DNA from: Actinopolymorphaceae bacterium | GTDB taxonomy: Bacteria > Actinomycetota > Actinomycetes > Propionibacteriales > DAIQRJ01 | Length of the DNA: 64,000 nt | Direction of reading: 5' to 3' | Assembly (NCBI GenBank): GCA_036786375.1 | Contig: DAIQRJ010000016.1 | Location: 3,965 to 67,964 of the forward strand | Shown: positions 11,147 to 20,006 of the stretch, in pieces | Position numbering within the stretch: position 1 is the stretch's first letter | How the letters are laid out: the number at the start of each line of letters is the position of its first letter | Made by a program: the position numbers and the translations under genes | The notes under the pieces: model-generated | What the model saw: the letters and a program-made list of their open reading frames with translations, nothing else | What the model was told of the DNA's origin: nothing | The model's database searches: none

Positions 11147-12078
11147 GCGGTCGCGTGCAGCGCGGGGTTCAGCGCGATGCCGGGGCCGATCCGCGGCAGC
11201 ACCTGCACGGCGCCGGTGACCGAGTTGCGGCGGAATAGCATGCCCGACTGGCCGGACAGGTCGAGTGCCTTCATGACCTGACCGTCGGGACGGGTGACCT
11301 TGGTGCCGGCGGTCACGTAGCAACCGGCCTCGACGATGCAGTCGTCGCCGAGGCTGATGCCGATGCCCGCGTTGGCGCCGATCAGACAGCGTTCGCCGAT
11401 GGTCACCTGTTGCGTCCCGCCACCGGACAGCGTGCCCATCAGCGACGATCCGGCGCCGACGTCGGAGTCGGCGCCGACGACGGTGCCCGCGGTGATCCGG
11501 CCCTCGACCATGGCCGTGCCCAGGGTGCCGGCGTTGAAGTTGACGAAGCCGGGCTGCATGACGGTGGTGCCGGGCGCGAGGTAGGCGCCGAGGCGGACGC
11601 GGTCGGCGTCGGCGATCCGGACCCCGCTCGGGACGACGTAGTCGGTCATCCGGGGGAACTTGTCGACCCCGTAGACGGCGACGACGCGGCCGGAAGCGCG
11701 CAGCCGGGCACGCGTCTGCTCGAAACCGTCCACCGCGCACGGGCCGTGGGAGGTCCAGACGACGTTCGGCAGAACTGCGAAGATCCCGTCGAGGTTGATG
11801 CTTCGTGGCTTGACCAGCCGGTGGCTGAGCAGGTGCAACCTGAGGTAGGCGTCGATGGTGTCCGCGGGCGGCTGGGCCAGGTCGGTCTCGGCGAGCACGA
11901 CCCGGGTCTCGACGCCGCGCAGCTCGTCGGTCATCTCACCGGCGACCAGCTCGGCGGCGGGCTCGACGTCGGTGGGCGCGACGCCCAGGGCGGGTGCCGG
12001 GAACCAGCAGTCGAGGACGGCACCTGCGAGGGTGCTCGTGGCGAGGCCGTGGCCCCAGGCGTGCGTCGATTCGGTCAC
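11143..12078 (-). CDS. dapD: 2,3,4,5-tetrahydropyridine-2,6-dicarboxylate N-succinyltransferase
   Basis: 311 aa. Actinobacterial DapD N-terminus plus left-handed beta-helix hexapeptide region (...GAYLAPGTTVMQPGFVNFNAGTLGTAMVEGRITAGTVVGADSDVGAGS...). Confidence 0.9.
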   Translation of the reverse strand: MTESTHAWGHGLATSTLAGAVLDCWFPAPALGVAPTDVEPAAELVAGEMTDELRGVETRVVLAETDLAQPPADTIDAYLRLHLLSHRLVKPRSINLDGIFAVLPNVVWTSHGPCAVDGFEQTRARLRASGRVVAVYGVDKFPRMTDYVVPSGVRIADADRVRLGAYLAPGTTVMQPGFVNFNAGTLGTAMVEGRITAGTVVGADSDVGAGSSLMGTLSGGGTQQVTIGERCLIGANAGIGISLGDDCIVEAGCYVTAGTKVTRPDGQVMKALDLSGQSGMLFRRNSVTGAVQVLPRIGPGIALNPALHATA

Positions 12079-12096
12079 CGCCCTAGGGTGCCAGAC

Positions 12097-13200
12097 ATGA
12101 CCGCATCCTCTCCTTCTGCTGCCGCCGGGTCCTCAGCCACAAGGGCGCGTCTCGACCTGTCCGCCGACGTCGTCGACCTCACCGCGGCCCTCGTCGACAT
12201 CCCGTCCGTCAGCCGCGACGAAGCCCTCATCGCGGGCCTGGTCGAGGACGCGCTGCGTGCCCTTCCGCACCTCGAGGTCACCCGGATCGGCAACACCATC
12301 GCCGCGCGCACGCACCTGGGCCGGACCGAGCGGGTGGTGATCGCCGGCCACCTCGACACGGTCCCGGTGGCAGGCAACGCGGGCGCCCGGATCGCCGGCG
12401 CCAAGCTCGCCGGCATCGGGTCGTGCGACATGAAGGGCGGCGTGGCGATCGGGCTGAAGCTGGCGGCCGAGCTGGCCGAGCCGAACCGTGACGTGACCTA
12501 CTTGTTCTACGAGTGCGAGGAGATCGAGGCGGACGCGAACGGGCTGACGAAGCTCGCCGCCACCTCACCCGAGCTGATGGCCGCCGACTTCGCCGTGCTC
12601 TGCGAGCCGACCGACGGGGTCGTCGAAGGCGGCTGTCAGGGATCCCTGCACGTCGACGTCGTCACCCGCGGTAAGCGCGCCCACAGCGCACGCTCCTGGT
12701 GGGGCCACAACGCGATCCACGACGCCGCCGAGGTGCTGCGCCGGCTCAGCGTCTATACACCGCGCGAGCCGGTCGTCGACGGATTGGCCTTCCACGAGGG
12801 CCTCAACGCCACCGGCATCACCGGCGGGATCGCCGGCAACGTCATCCCGGACGAATGCCGGGTCGGGGTCAACTACCGGTTCGCCCCGGACCGGTCCGAG
12901 GCCGAGGCGTTGGCCCATCTGCAGGAGGTCTTCGAGGGCTTCGAGGTCGAGCTGCACGATTCGGCGCCGGCGGCGCGGCCGGGGCTCGACCGACCGGCGG
13001 CAGCCGCGTTCGCCGCGGCGATCGGCGGGACTCCGCGTGCGAAGTTCGGCTGGACCGACGTCGCCCGGTTCTCCGTCCTCGGGATCCCGGCGGTGAACTA
13101 CGGCCCCGGCGACCCCGGGCTGGCGCACTCGGCCGGCGAGTTCGTCAGGCTCGACGCCCTGCGCGACTGCCTCGCCGCCCTGCGACGGTGGCTGTCGTGA
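12097..13200 (+). CDS. dapE: succinyl-diaminopimelate desuccinylase (M20 peptidase)
   Basis: MTASSPS...DVVDLTAALVDIPSVSRDEALIAG...VVIAGHLDTVP...GSCDMKGG... ATG 12097 is 7 nt after TAGGGT (12084-12089). Divergent from dapD. Confidence 0.9.
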   Translation: MTASSPSAAAGSSATRARLDLSADVVDLTAALVDIPSVSRDEALIAGLVEDALRALPHLEVTRIGNTIAARTHLGRTERVVIAGHLDTVPVAGNAGARIAGAKLAGIGSCDMKGGVAIGLKLAAELAEPNRDVTYLFYECEEIEADANGLTKLAATSPELMAADFAVLCEPTDGVVEGGCQGSLHVDVVTRGKRAHSARSWWGHNAIHDAAEVLRRLSVYTPREPVVDGLAFHEGLNATGITGGIAGNVIPDECRVGVNYRFAPDRSEAEALAHLQEVFEGFEVELHDSAPAARPGLDRPAAAAFAAAIGGTPRAKFGWTDVARFSVLGIPAVNYGPGDPGLAHSAGEFVRLDALRDCLAALRRWLS

Positions 13201-13979
13201 CCGACCGTCCCAGCCGTCCCGGCCCGCCCAGTCGGCAGGAAGGCCCGGTCACGGTCCGCCGCGGGCAGGTTCGCAGCTCGACCACCGACCAGCGGCTGCT
13301 CGACAGCCACGGCCCCGTGGACTGGCTGCACACCGACCCCTGGCGGGTGCAGCGCATCCAGGCCGAGTTCGTCGAGGGCTTCGGCGCGCTCGCCGAGCTC
13401 GGACCGGCCGTCAGCGTCTTCGGGTCCGCCCGCACGCACGAGGGCCACCCGCAGTACGAGCTCGGACGTGAGATCGCGGGCCGGCTCGTGAACGCGGGCT
13501 GGGCCGTCATCACCGGCGGCGGGCCGGGTGCGATGGAGGCGGCCAACCGTGGCGCCTGGGAGGCCGGCGGCGTGTCGGTCGGACTTGGCATCGAGCTCCC
13601 CATGGAGGCGGGGCTGAACGGCTACATCGACCTCGCGGTGAACTTCCGCTACTTCTTCGCCCGCAAGACCATGTTCGTGAAGTACTCGCAGGGCTTCGTT
13701 GTGCTGCCGGGCGGGGTCGGGACGCTGGACGAGCTGTTCGAGGCGCTCACGCTCGTCCAGACCGGCAAGATCACCCGGTTCCCGGTGGTGCTCGTCGGCC
13801 GCGACTACTGGGGCGGGCTGGTCGACTGGCTACGCGACCGCGTCGTCGCGGAGGGCAAGGCGTCGCGGGAGGACCTGGAGGCGTTCACCGTCGTCGACAC
13901 CGCCGACGAGGTGATGGCGGTGATCAAGACCGCCGCCAGCCCGACGGCCGACTCGCCCGCGCCGAAGCGGCCCGAGTAG
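13197..13979 (+). CDS. LOG family protein (TIGR00730; cytokinin riboside 5'-monophosphate phosphoribohydrolase-like)
   Basis: ...SVFGSARTHEGHPQYELGREIAGRLVNAGWAVITGGGPGAMEAANRGA...VVLPGGVGTLDELFEALTLVQTGK... has the PGGxGTxxE motif. GTG 13197 overlaps the dapE stop (GTGA). Confidence 0.9.
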   Translation: MTDRPSRPGPPSRQEGPVTVRRGQVRSSTTDQRLLDSHGPVDWLHTDPWRVQRIQAEFVEGFGALAELGPAVSVFGSARTHEGHPQYELGREIAGRLVNAGWAVITGGGPGAMEAANRGAWEAGGVSVGLGIELPMEAGLNGYIDLAVNFRYFFARKTMFVKYSQGFVVLPGGVGTLDELFEALTLVQTGKITRFPVVLVGRDYWGGLVDWLRDRVVAEGKASREDLEAFTVVDTADEVMAVIKTAASPTADSPAPKRPE

Positions 13980-14018
13980 CCCGCTGGGCGGCCCGTCGTC
14001 AGGCCAGCCCGCGTGTCG

Positions 14019-14903
14019 TCAGGCCACCCCGCGCCGGCTGACGGCCGGTTGCCGGTCGCCGCGGATCGAAGCCACCATGTCGAGCACCTGGCGGGTCGCC
14101 CCGACGTCGTGTGCCCGGAATACCCGTGCGCCGTGCCAGGCGCTCACCGCGGTGGCGGCCAGCGTGCCCGGGAGCCTCTTCTTCGTCGGCAGGTCAAGGG
14201 TTTCGCCGACGAAGTCCTTGTTGCTCAGCGCCACCAGCACCGGCCAGCCACATCCGACGAGCTCGTCGAGACGTCTGGTCAGCTCGAGGGAGTGCCGGGT
14301 GTTCTTGCCGAAGTCGTGGGTCGGGTCGACGAGGATCCGCGCCGACGGGACCCCCGCGGCCTCCGCCCGCCGGGCGAGCGCGCTCACACCGGCGATCACG
14401 TCGGCCATGACGTCGTCGTACTGGACCCGGTGCGGGTCCGTCCGCGGCGGCAGCCCGCCGGTGTGCGAGCACACCAGGCCGGCGCCGAACTCCGCCGCCA
14501 CCGCTGCGACCTCGGGATCGTGCCCGGCCCATGTGTCGTTGACCAGGTCCGCGCCGGCCCGGCACAACGCGGCCGCCACCTCGGCGCGCCAGGTGTCGAC
14601 GCTGATGACGAGCTCGGGATGACGCGCTCGGGCGAGCGAGACGAACTCCTCCGTCCGCTCGAGCTCCTCGGCCGGCGACACCGGCGGGCCGTAGCCCGCT
14701 TTGACCCCGCCGACGTCGACGATGTCCGCCCCCTGCGCGACGACGTCGTCGAGCCGCGTGAGTGCCGCGTCGAGAGCGAACGTCGCGCAGCCGTCGTAGA
14801 ACGAGTCCGGGGTGCGGTTGAGGATCGCCATCACCGCGAACTGTCCGGGGGCGAACGTCCGGCGGCCCAGCTGCAGAGCGGGTGAGGTCACCAGGTCATC
14901 CAA
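14019..14903 (-). CDS. folP: dihydropteroate synthase family protein (position matches the mycobacterial folP2 paralogue)
   Basis: ...FAVMAILNRTPDSFYDG...DIVDVGGVKAGYGP...NDTWAG... is the pterin-binding DHPS pattern. Confidence 0.88.
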   Translation of the reverse strand: MDDLVTSPALQLGRRTFAPGQFAVMAILNRTPDSFYDGCATFALDAALTRLDDVVAQGADIVDVGGVKAGYGPPVSPAEELERTEEFVSLARARHPELVISVDTWRAEVAAALCRAGADLVNDTWAGHDPEVAAVAAEFGAGLVCSHTGGLPPRTDPHRVQYDDVMADVIAGVSALARRAEAAGVPSARILVDPTHDFGKNTRHSLELTRRLDELVGCGWPVLVALSNKDFVGETLDLPTKKRLPGTLAATAVSAWHGARVFRAHDVGATRQVLDMVASIRGDRQPAVSRRGVA

Positions 14904-14954
14904 CCCGACGAGTGCCCGAACCGCCGGACGCGGCCCGCCGATACGATCGCCGGC

Positions 14955-15347
14955 ATGACATGGCTCTGGGTCGCGGTCGTCGTCGCCGTCCTCGGGGCGG
15001 TGATCGCCATCGTCGTCGGCCGCATCAGCGGTGGAGCGATGTCGGAGGTCGCCGCCGACCGGCCGGCCGCGCAGCTGAGCTCGGCACCGCTGACCGACGC
15101 GGACCTGGCAGGGATCCGGTTCACCCAGACGCTGCGCGGCTACGCAATGGACGAGGTCGACGACTTCATCGAACGGCTGCGCGCGGAACTGTCCGCGCGC
15201 CCGGCCGCCGACACGTTCGCGATCCCGGCCGAGGCGCCCGCCGCCCCCGTCGCCCCGGTCGCCCCCGTCGCCCGACGCCCGCCCATCGACGAGCCAGTGC
15301 TGCAGCCGGCCGAGCCGGCGGCCGTCGACGGCGATCCGCAGCCGTGA
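14955..15347 (+). CDS. DivIVA domain-containing small membrane protein
   Basis: N-terminal TM helix (WLWVAVVVAVLGAVIAIVVG), then FTQTLRGYAMDEVDDFIERLRAEL (DivIVA-domain motif). ATG 14955 is 7 nt after TACGAT (14942-14947). Confidence 0.8.
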   Translation: MTWLWVAVVVAVLGAVIAIVVGRISGGAMSEVAADRPAAQLSSAPLTDADLAGIRFTQTLRGYAMDEVDDFIERLRAELSARPAADTFAIPAEAPAAPVAPVAPVARRPPIDEPVLQPAEPAAVDGDPQP

Positions 15348-15925
15348 GCGAACCGACCATCCGTGGCCTGGTCGTCGGATCCGACGGCCTCGCGCGCTGC
15401 CCGTGGGGGCTGTCCGATCCGCTCTACGTCGACTACCACGACACCGAGTGGGGACGGCGCGTGCGCGACGAGCACGGGTTGTTCGAGCGGGTCAGCCTCG
15501 AGGCGTTCCAGTCCGGCCTGTCCTGGCTGACGATCCTGCGTAAGCGGCCGGCGTTTCGCAGCGCGTTCGCGGAGTTCGACCCCGCCGTCGTCGCCGGCTT
15601 CACGCCCGCCGACGTCGACCGGCTGCTGACCGACGCCGGGATCGTGCGCAACCGCCGCAAGATCGAGGCGACGATCGGCAACGCGCGGGTTCTGATGGAA
15701 CTCGATCGGCCGTGGTCCGAACTCCTGTGGTCGTTCGCCCCCGAACCCCGGTCACGTCCCCTGACCTCGGCCGACGTCCCGGCGGTCACCCCCGAGTCGA
15801 CCGCGATGGCGAAGTCCCTGCGCCGGTTGGGGTTCCGCTTCGTCGGGCCCACCACGGCGTACGCGCTGATGCAGGCGACCGGCATGGTCGACGACCATCT
15901 CGGCGGCTGCCACGTCCCGGCCTGA
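15344..15925 (+). CDS. tag: DNA-3-methyladenine glycosylase I
   Basis: ...RCPWGLSDPLYVDYHDTEWGRRVRDEHGLFERVSLEAFQSGLSWLTILRKR... GTG 15344 overlaps the upstream stop (GTGA). Confidence 0.9.
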   Translation: MSEPTIRGLVVGSDGLARCPWGLSDPLYVDYHDTEWGRRVRDEHGLFERVSLEAFQSGLSWLTILRKRPAFRSAFAEFDPAVVAGFTPADVDRLLTDAGIVRNRRKIEATIGNARVLMELDRPWSELLWSFAPEPRSRPLTSADVPAVTPESTAMAKSLRRLGFRFVGPTTAYALMQATGMVDDHLGGCHVPA

Positions 15926-16018
15926 CGGCGCCGGAGGTGGGCGGCGCGACGCGGCCTGCCCGAATCGGCGATAATGGCCCGCACGACCCGACGTGAGTGA
16001 CCCAGGAAGGGGTACGGG

Positions 16019-16186
16019 ATGGCGGCGATGAAGCCGCGGACAGGCGATGGTCCGCTCGAAGTGACCAAGGAGGGACGCGGCATTGTGATGCGCGTTCCGC
16101 TCGAGGGAGGCGGACGTCTCGTCGTCGAACTCACGGCGGCCGAGGCCAACGAGCTCGGCGATGCGTTGAAAGCTGTTGTCTCCTGA
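16019..16186 (+). CDS. DUF3117 domain-containing protein (55 aa, highly conserved in actinobacteria; Rv1211-like)
   Basis: Not in the ORF track (under 60 aa). Own translation: MAAMKPRTGDGPLEVTKEGRGIVMRVPLEGGGRLVVELTAAEANELGDALKAVVS, TGA at 16184-16186. GGAAGGGG 6 nt upstream; GATAAT at 15970-15975. Confidence 0.85.
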   Translation: MAAMKPRTGDGPLEVTKEGRGIVMRVPLEGGGRLVVELTAAEANELGDALKAVVS

Positions 16187-16217
16187 CGGTGCCCCACCAG
16201 GCACCGGACAGCTGACA

Positions 16218-16250
16218 GGGCGGGTATGTGCGAAACGCACGTACCCGCCC
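16218..16250. terminator. stem-loop between convergent DUF3117 and L,D-transpeptidase genes
   Basis: gggcgggtatgtgcg-aaa-cgcacgtacccgccc: 15-bp stem (one G-U pair), 3-nt loop, followed by ttt on the plus strand. Confidence 0.6.
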
Positions 16251-16283
16251 TTTGGCATGCCCGCCGAGCGTTTAGCGCTCGGC

Positions 16284-17243
16284 TCAGGAGCGGTAGACGA
16301 CGACCTTGTCGCCGACTCGGACCTGACCGAACAGTGCCTTCACCGCGGCGTGGTCGCGTACGTTGACGCAGCCGTGTGAGCAGCCGGCGTAGCCGCGGGC
16401 GGCGAAATCGGCCGAGTAGTGGACGGCCTGGCCGCCGTCGAAGTACATGGCGAACGGCATCGGCGAGTTGTAGAGCCGCGACCACTCGTTGACGACCTTT
16501 GCGTGCACGGAGAAGGTGCCTTCCCTGGTCGGGGTCCGCGAGACGCAGCCGAATCGGACGTCCATCCGGCTCAGGACCTTGCCGTCGACGACCCAGCTCA
16601 ATGCGTTGGCGCTCTTGCTGATGCACAGGACGCGGCCCTGCAGGCAGCGGCTGTCGAGCTTCACGGGTGCCGTGCTTCCGGCTGCGTCCTTGGGCGGGTA
16701 GAGCTCGTCGTGCGTCGGGGTCTTGGTGCGGCTGACGAGGGATGTCCAGGTGGCGTGGTCGACGTAACCGAGGACGGGCATGCCGCGCTTGGCCTGGAAG
16801 CCCTTCACCGCGCTGGTGGTGTTGGCGCCGTAGAAGCCGTCGACCCACTTCTTGTCGAGCCACTGCAGGGCGACGAGCCGCGCCTCGAGTTCGCGGACGC
16901 GGCTGGAGGTGGTGCCCGGTTTGTAGAGCGCGATCGGCTCGGGGGTCGAGGTCGCGGTCGGCCTCGGAGTGGGCGTCGGGGTGTCGGTCGGCTTCGGAGT
17001 GGGCGTCGGCGTGGGCCGTTCGGTCGACGCGGGCTTCGTCGGCACGATCGGAGTGCTCGGGACGGCGGACGACGTCGGGACCGCCGCTGGGATGTGGGTC
17101 GCCGCCGGGGGAGCGGCCACCGTTCGGCTCCGGCCGGGGAGCAGTCCATGGCCTTGGGCGAAAGCCACACCTCCGGCGCCGACCGCTACGGCCGACACCA
17201 CGGACACGATTGTTATGACTACAGCTCGGGCGCGCACAAGCAC
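16284..17243 (-). CDS. L,D-transpeptidase with peptidoglycan-binding domain
   Basis: Signal/TM N-terminus, Pro/Thr-rich linker, PG-binding repeat (...VDGFYGANTTSAVKGFQAKRGMPVLGYVD...), YkuD domain ending ...GCSHGCVNV... Confidence 0.9.
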   Translation of the reverse strand: MLVRARAVVITIVSVVSAVAVGAGGVAFAQGHGLLPGRSRTVAAPPAATHIPAAVPTSSAVPSTPIVPTKPASTERPTPTPTPKPTDTPTPTPRPTATSTPEPIALYKPGTTSSRVRELEARLVALQWLDKKWVDGFYGANTTSAVKGFQAKRGMPVLGYVDHATWTSLVSRTKTPTHDELYPPKDAAGSTAPVKLDSRCLQGRVLCISKSANALSWVVDGKVLSRMDVRFGCVSRTPTREGTFSVHAKVVNEWSRLYNSPMPFAMYFDGGQAVHYSADFAARGYAGCSHGCVNVRDHAAVKALFGQVRVGDKVVVYRS

Positions 17244-17328
17244 AATCTGTCACATTTCGTCAAGTAGATAGCGCGAAGCGAGAGTGGCGCGCGTGACCAA
17301 AGTGTCAGGTGTGCCGACAAGCCGCGCT

Positions 17329-17393
17329 GGCGACGCACCAACAGCCTCTCCGAGCACCGAGAGCCTCGTGTACGGGGTCGTCGGTGCGTCGCC
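17329..17393 (-). terminator. long GC-rich hairpin just downstream of glgA (candidate I-shaped terminator)
   Basis: ggcgacgcacc (17329-17339) and ggtgcgtcgcc (17383-17393) are exact reverse complements enclosing a second imperfect stem. No U-tract. Confidence 0.4.
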
Positions 17394-17427
17394 GGGGCTG
17401 TCGGTGGTCGAAACGCCCTGCTGGCAA

Positions 17428-18612
17428 CTAACGCAGTACCGAGCGGTACACCTCGACGGTCGCGTCGGCGATCGCCGGCCAGCCGAACGCGTCCACCGCC
17501 ACCTTGCGCCCGGCCAGCCCCATCGCCGCCGCCCGCGCCGGATCGCCGGCCACCGCGTTCACCGCGGCCGCGAAGTCCGCCTCGAACCGTGCCGGCTCGA
17601 CCACGTCGTAGTGCACCAGCAGCCCCGTCTCGCCGTCATGCACGACCTCCGGGATCCCGCCGACGTCGCTCGCCACGACCGCTGTCTCGCAGGCCATCGC
17701 CTCGAGGTTCACGATCCCCTGCGGCTCGTAGATCGACGGGCAGCAGAACACGATCGCATGCGTCAGCACCTGCATCACCTCCTCGGCCGGCAGCATCTCC
17801 TGCACCCAGATCACCCCCGACCGGGTGCGGGCCAGCTCCGCCACCGCCGCCGCCGTGGACGCCGCGATCTCCGGGGTGTCCGGTGCCCCGGCCAGCAGGA
17901 CGATCTGCAACGACGGGTCGAACGCCGCGGCGGCTGCGAGCAGGTGCCCGACACCCTTCTGCCGCGTGATCCGGCCGACGAACGTCACGTACGGACGGGA
18001 CGGGTCGACACCCAGCCGGTCGAGGACGTCGGTGCCGTGGTCGGGCCGATAGCGCCGGGTATCGATGCCGTTGTAGACGACGCGCACCTTCGCCGGGTCC
18101 AGGCCGGGGTAGCAGTCGAGCACGTCCGCGCGCATCCCGGCCGACACGGCGATGACGGCATCGGCACTCTCGTACGCGTCCCGCTCCACCCAGCTCGAGA
18201 CCCGGTAGCCGCCGCCGAGCTGTTCGGCCTTCCACGGCCGGCGCGGTTCGAGCGAGTGTGCGGTGATCACGTGCGGGATCCCATGCACGAGCGAGGCGAC
18301 ACGGCCACCGAAGTTCGCGTACCAGGTGTGGCTGTGGGCGAGGTCGGCCCCGTTGATCGCGGCCGCGATCTCCAGGTTCGCGGCCAGCAAGGGAAGTGTC
18401 GGGTTCACGTCGGGATCCGCGGCCGTCAGCCGCGGGTCGGATTCCGCATAGGTCGCCGCACCGGGCCGCGGCGCTCCGAGCGCATGCACGTCCAGGTCGA
18501 CGACACCCGCGAACCGCGGATCGCGCAACGCCAGCGCCAGGTTGGTGACGTGGACGCCGGCTCCGCCGTAGACCGCCGGCGGGTACTCCCTTGTTAGCAG
18601 TGCGATTCGCAT
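17428..18612 (-). CDS. glgA: GT4 glycosyltransferase, actinobacterial GlgA type (alpha-maltose-1-phosphate synthase GlgM in mycobacteria)
   Basis: MRIALLTREYPPAVYGGAGVHVTNLALAL...EPQGIVNLEAMACETAVVAS... Located near glgC as Rv1212c/Rv1213. Confidence 0.9.
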   Translation of the reverse strand: MRIALLTREYPPAVYGGAGVHVTNLALALRDPRFAGVVDLDVHALGAPRPGAATYAESDPRLTAADPDVNPTLPLLAANLEIAAAINGADLAHSHTWYANFGGRVASLVHGIPHVITAHSLEPRRPWKAEQLGGGYRVSSWVERDAYESADAVIAVSAGMRADVLDCYPGLDPAKVRVVYNGIDTRRYRPDHGTDVLDRLGVDPSRPYVTFVGRITRQKGVGHLLAAAAAFDPSLQIVLLAGAPDTPEIAASTAAAVAELARTRSGVIWVQEMLPAEEVMQVLTHAIVFCCPSIYEPQGIVNLEAMACETAVVASDVGGIPEVVHDGETGLLVHYDVVEPARFEADFAAAVNAVAGDPARAAAMGLAGRKVAVDAFGWPAIADATVEVYRSVLR

Positions 18613-18655
18613 GACCGGAAGGTTATGGCTGTGCTCCCGGTTGGGCCAGGGCCCG

Positions 18656-19882
18656 TCACAACAACGGCAGCCCGGCTACCGGGAGTGGCGACCGGATCCG
18701 TCCACACGCCTGCCGGATCCAGTCGAGATCACCATCGACCGCGGGAATCGGCCGACCCGGGAAGCGGTCCGCCCAGACCTGGATGAGCGCCACGGCGACG
18801 ACGTCGACGGCCCGCGGGTCCTGAGGTCCGGGGCGGCCGACCGACCGGCCGAGGTCGTCGGCATGCACGACCAGTTCGACGAGGCGGGTGACGACGAACT
18901 CCGAGAGCAGGATCGGACCCCGCGGTCCCGCGGCCACACGGTCGTGGGCAAAGCGGTCGTCGGCGCCGAGGGCGCCGAGCGCGGCCATCGCCGTGCTCCA
19001 GGCGGTGTCGATCGCCCCGAGCCGATCGGCCGCAGTCGCCACCGCCAGTGCGCGCGTCCCGTCGGCGATCTCGGCCGCTGCGGCCGCGTACGCCGACATG
19101 TACTGCCCCAGCGGGAGCGGTGCGACGTCGGCCGGCCGAAGCTGCGCCATCGCGTTGCCGGACCTGGCCACGTGTGCGATCAGGTCGGCCACCGTCCAGC
19201 CGGCAAGCACGCTGGGCGTGTCGACGTCGGCAGGGGACAGTTCGGCGATCCAGTCCCGGACGACGCTCAGCTGTGCGGCCAGGACGCCCGGGAGATCGGG
19301 CTGCACGGCCGCGAGCCGGGGTCTCGTCGGGACCCAGAAGCGACGCTTGTTCCCGTGGGGCGCGTCCTCGACGCCTCCGTTGGCGATGATCACCTTGGCC
19401 GAGCCCGCGTTGTCGACGTCGCAGGTCACCAGCGCCCGGTCGATGCCGTGGGCAGCCGCGAACGGCAGCGCCATCGCAAGCATCCGGGTGCCGAGTCCCA
19501 GGCGCTGCGCGCTCGGACGGACGACGTATCCGATGTGGCCGCCCTCGGTGCGCAGGAACCCGTTCAGCTCGTGCCGTAACGACAATCGGCCGAGGTAACG
19601 AGGTTCGTCCGGACCGAAGTCGACGAGCCACAGCATCGTCGAGTGCACCCAGGCGGCACCGATCGGAACGCTCGGGTCGGCCGCCTGGTACAGGGCGGTC
19701 ACGAACCTGGCGAAGCCATCACTCGACTGGAGCTCCGCGTCGCTGAACTCGACGCCCGGCAGCACCCGGTTGCCGGGCCAGGCGGTGTCACGGCCGAATG
19801 CATCCCGCAGCTCGGCGGATGCCTCGTTGTAGCTGCGTCGCACGTCGGTCCGAGGAAGCACGAGGCGGATGTCGTCGGGCAT
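18656..19882 (-). CDS. fusion protein: N-terminal GNAT acetyltransferase plus C-terminal DinB-like, mycothiol-dependent maleylpyruvate-isomerase-family domain
   Basis: Residues ~1-185 are GNAT (...[25 protein letters not shown]...NKRRFWVPT). Residues ~195-408: ...[35 protein letters not shown]... (MDMPI_N/DinB type). Single uninterrupted frame. Confidence 0.75.
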   Translation of the reverse strand: MPDDIRLVLPRTDVRRSYNEASAELRDAFGRDTAWPGNRVLPGVEFSDAELQSSDGFARFVTALYQAADPSVPIGAAWVHSTMLWLVDFGPDEPRYLGRLSLRHELNGFLRTEGGHIGYVVRPSAQRLGLGTRMLAMALPFAAAHGIDRALVTCDVDNAGSAKVIIANGGVEDAPHGNKRRFWVPTRPRLAAVQPDLPGVLAAQLSVVRDWIAELSPADVDTPSVLAGWTVADLIAHVARSGNAMAQLRPADVAPLPLGQYMSAYAAAAAEIADGTRALAVATAADRLGAIDTAWSTAMAALGALGADDRFAHDRVAAGPRGPILLSEFVVTRLVELVVHADDLGRSVGRPGPQDPRAVDVVAVALIQVWADRFPGRPIPAVDGDLDWIRQACGRIRSPLPVAGLPLL

Positions 19883-20006
19883 GGTCGGTCATCCTGCCGC
19901 ATCGTCGCGCGCCGGGCAGTCGAATGGCCGGAACCCGAACCCGGTGGCCCCTCCGGCACGGGCAAGCCCTCGCGGCCCCACGCCGGTGAGCACTAGGGTT
20001 CGAAAC

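Noticed and set aside
15433-17253. 606-aa minus-strand ORF covering tag, DUF3117 and the L,D-transpeptidase region
   Set aside because: It has Arg/Pro-rich nonsense composition. It is antisense or out of frame to three genes with strong motif support.
19991-20006. tRNA T-loop-like string gggttcgaaac
   Set aside because: No acceptor or anticodon stems can be drawn around it. It is better explained as the TAGGGT -10 box plus spacer of glgC. I saw no tRNA, rRNA or CRISPR array anywhere in the window.
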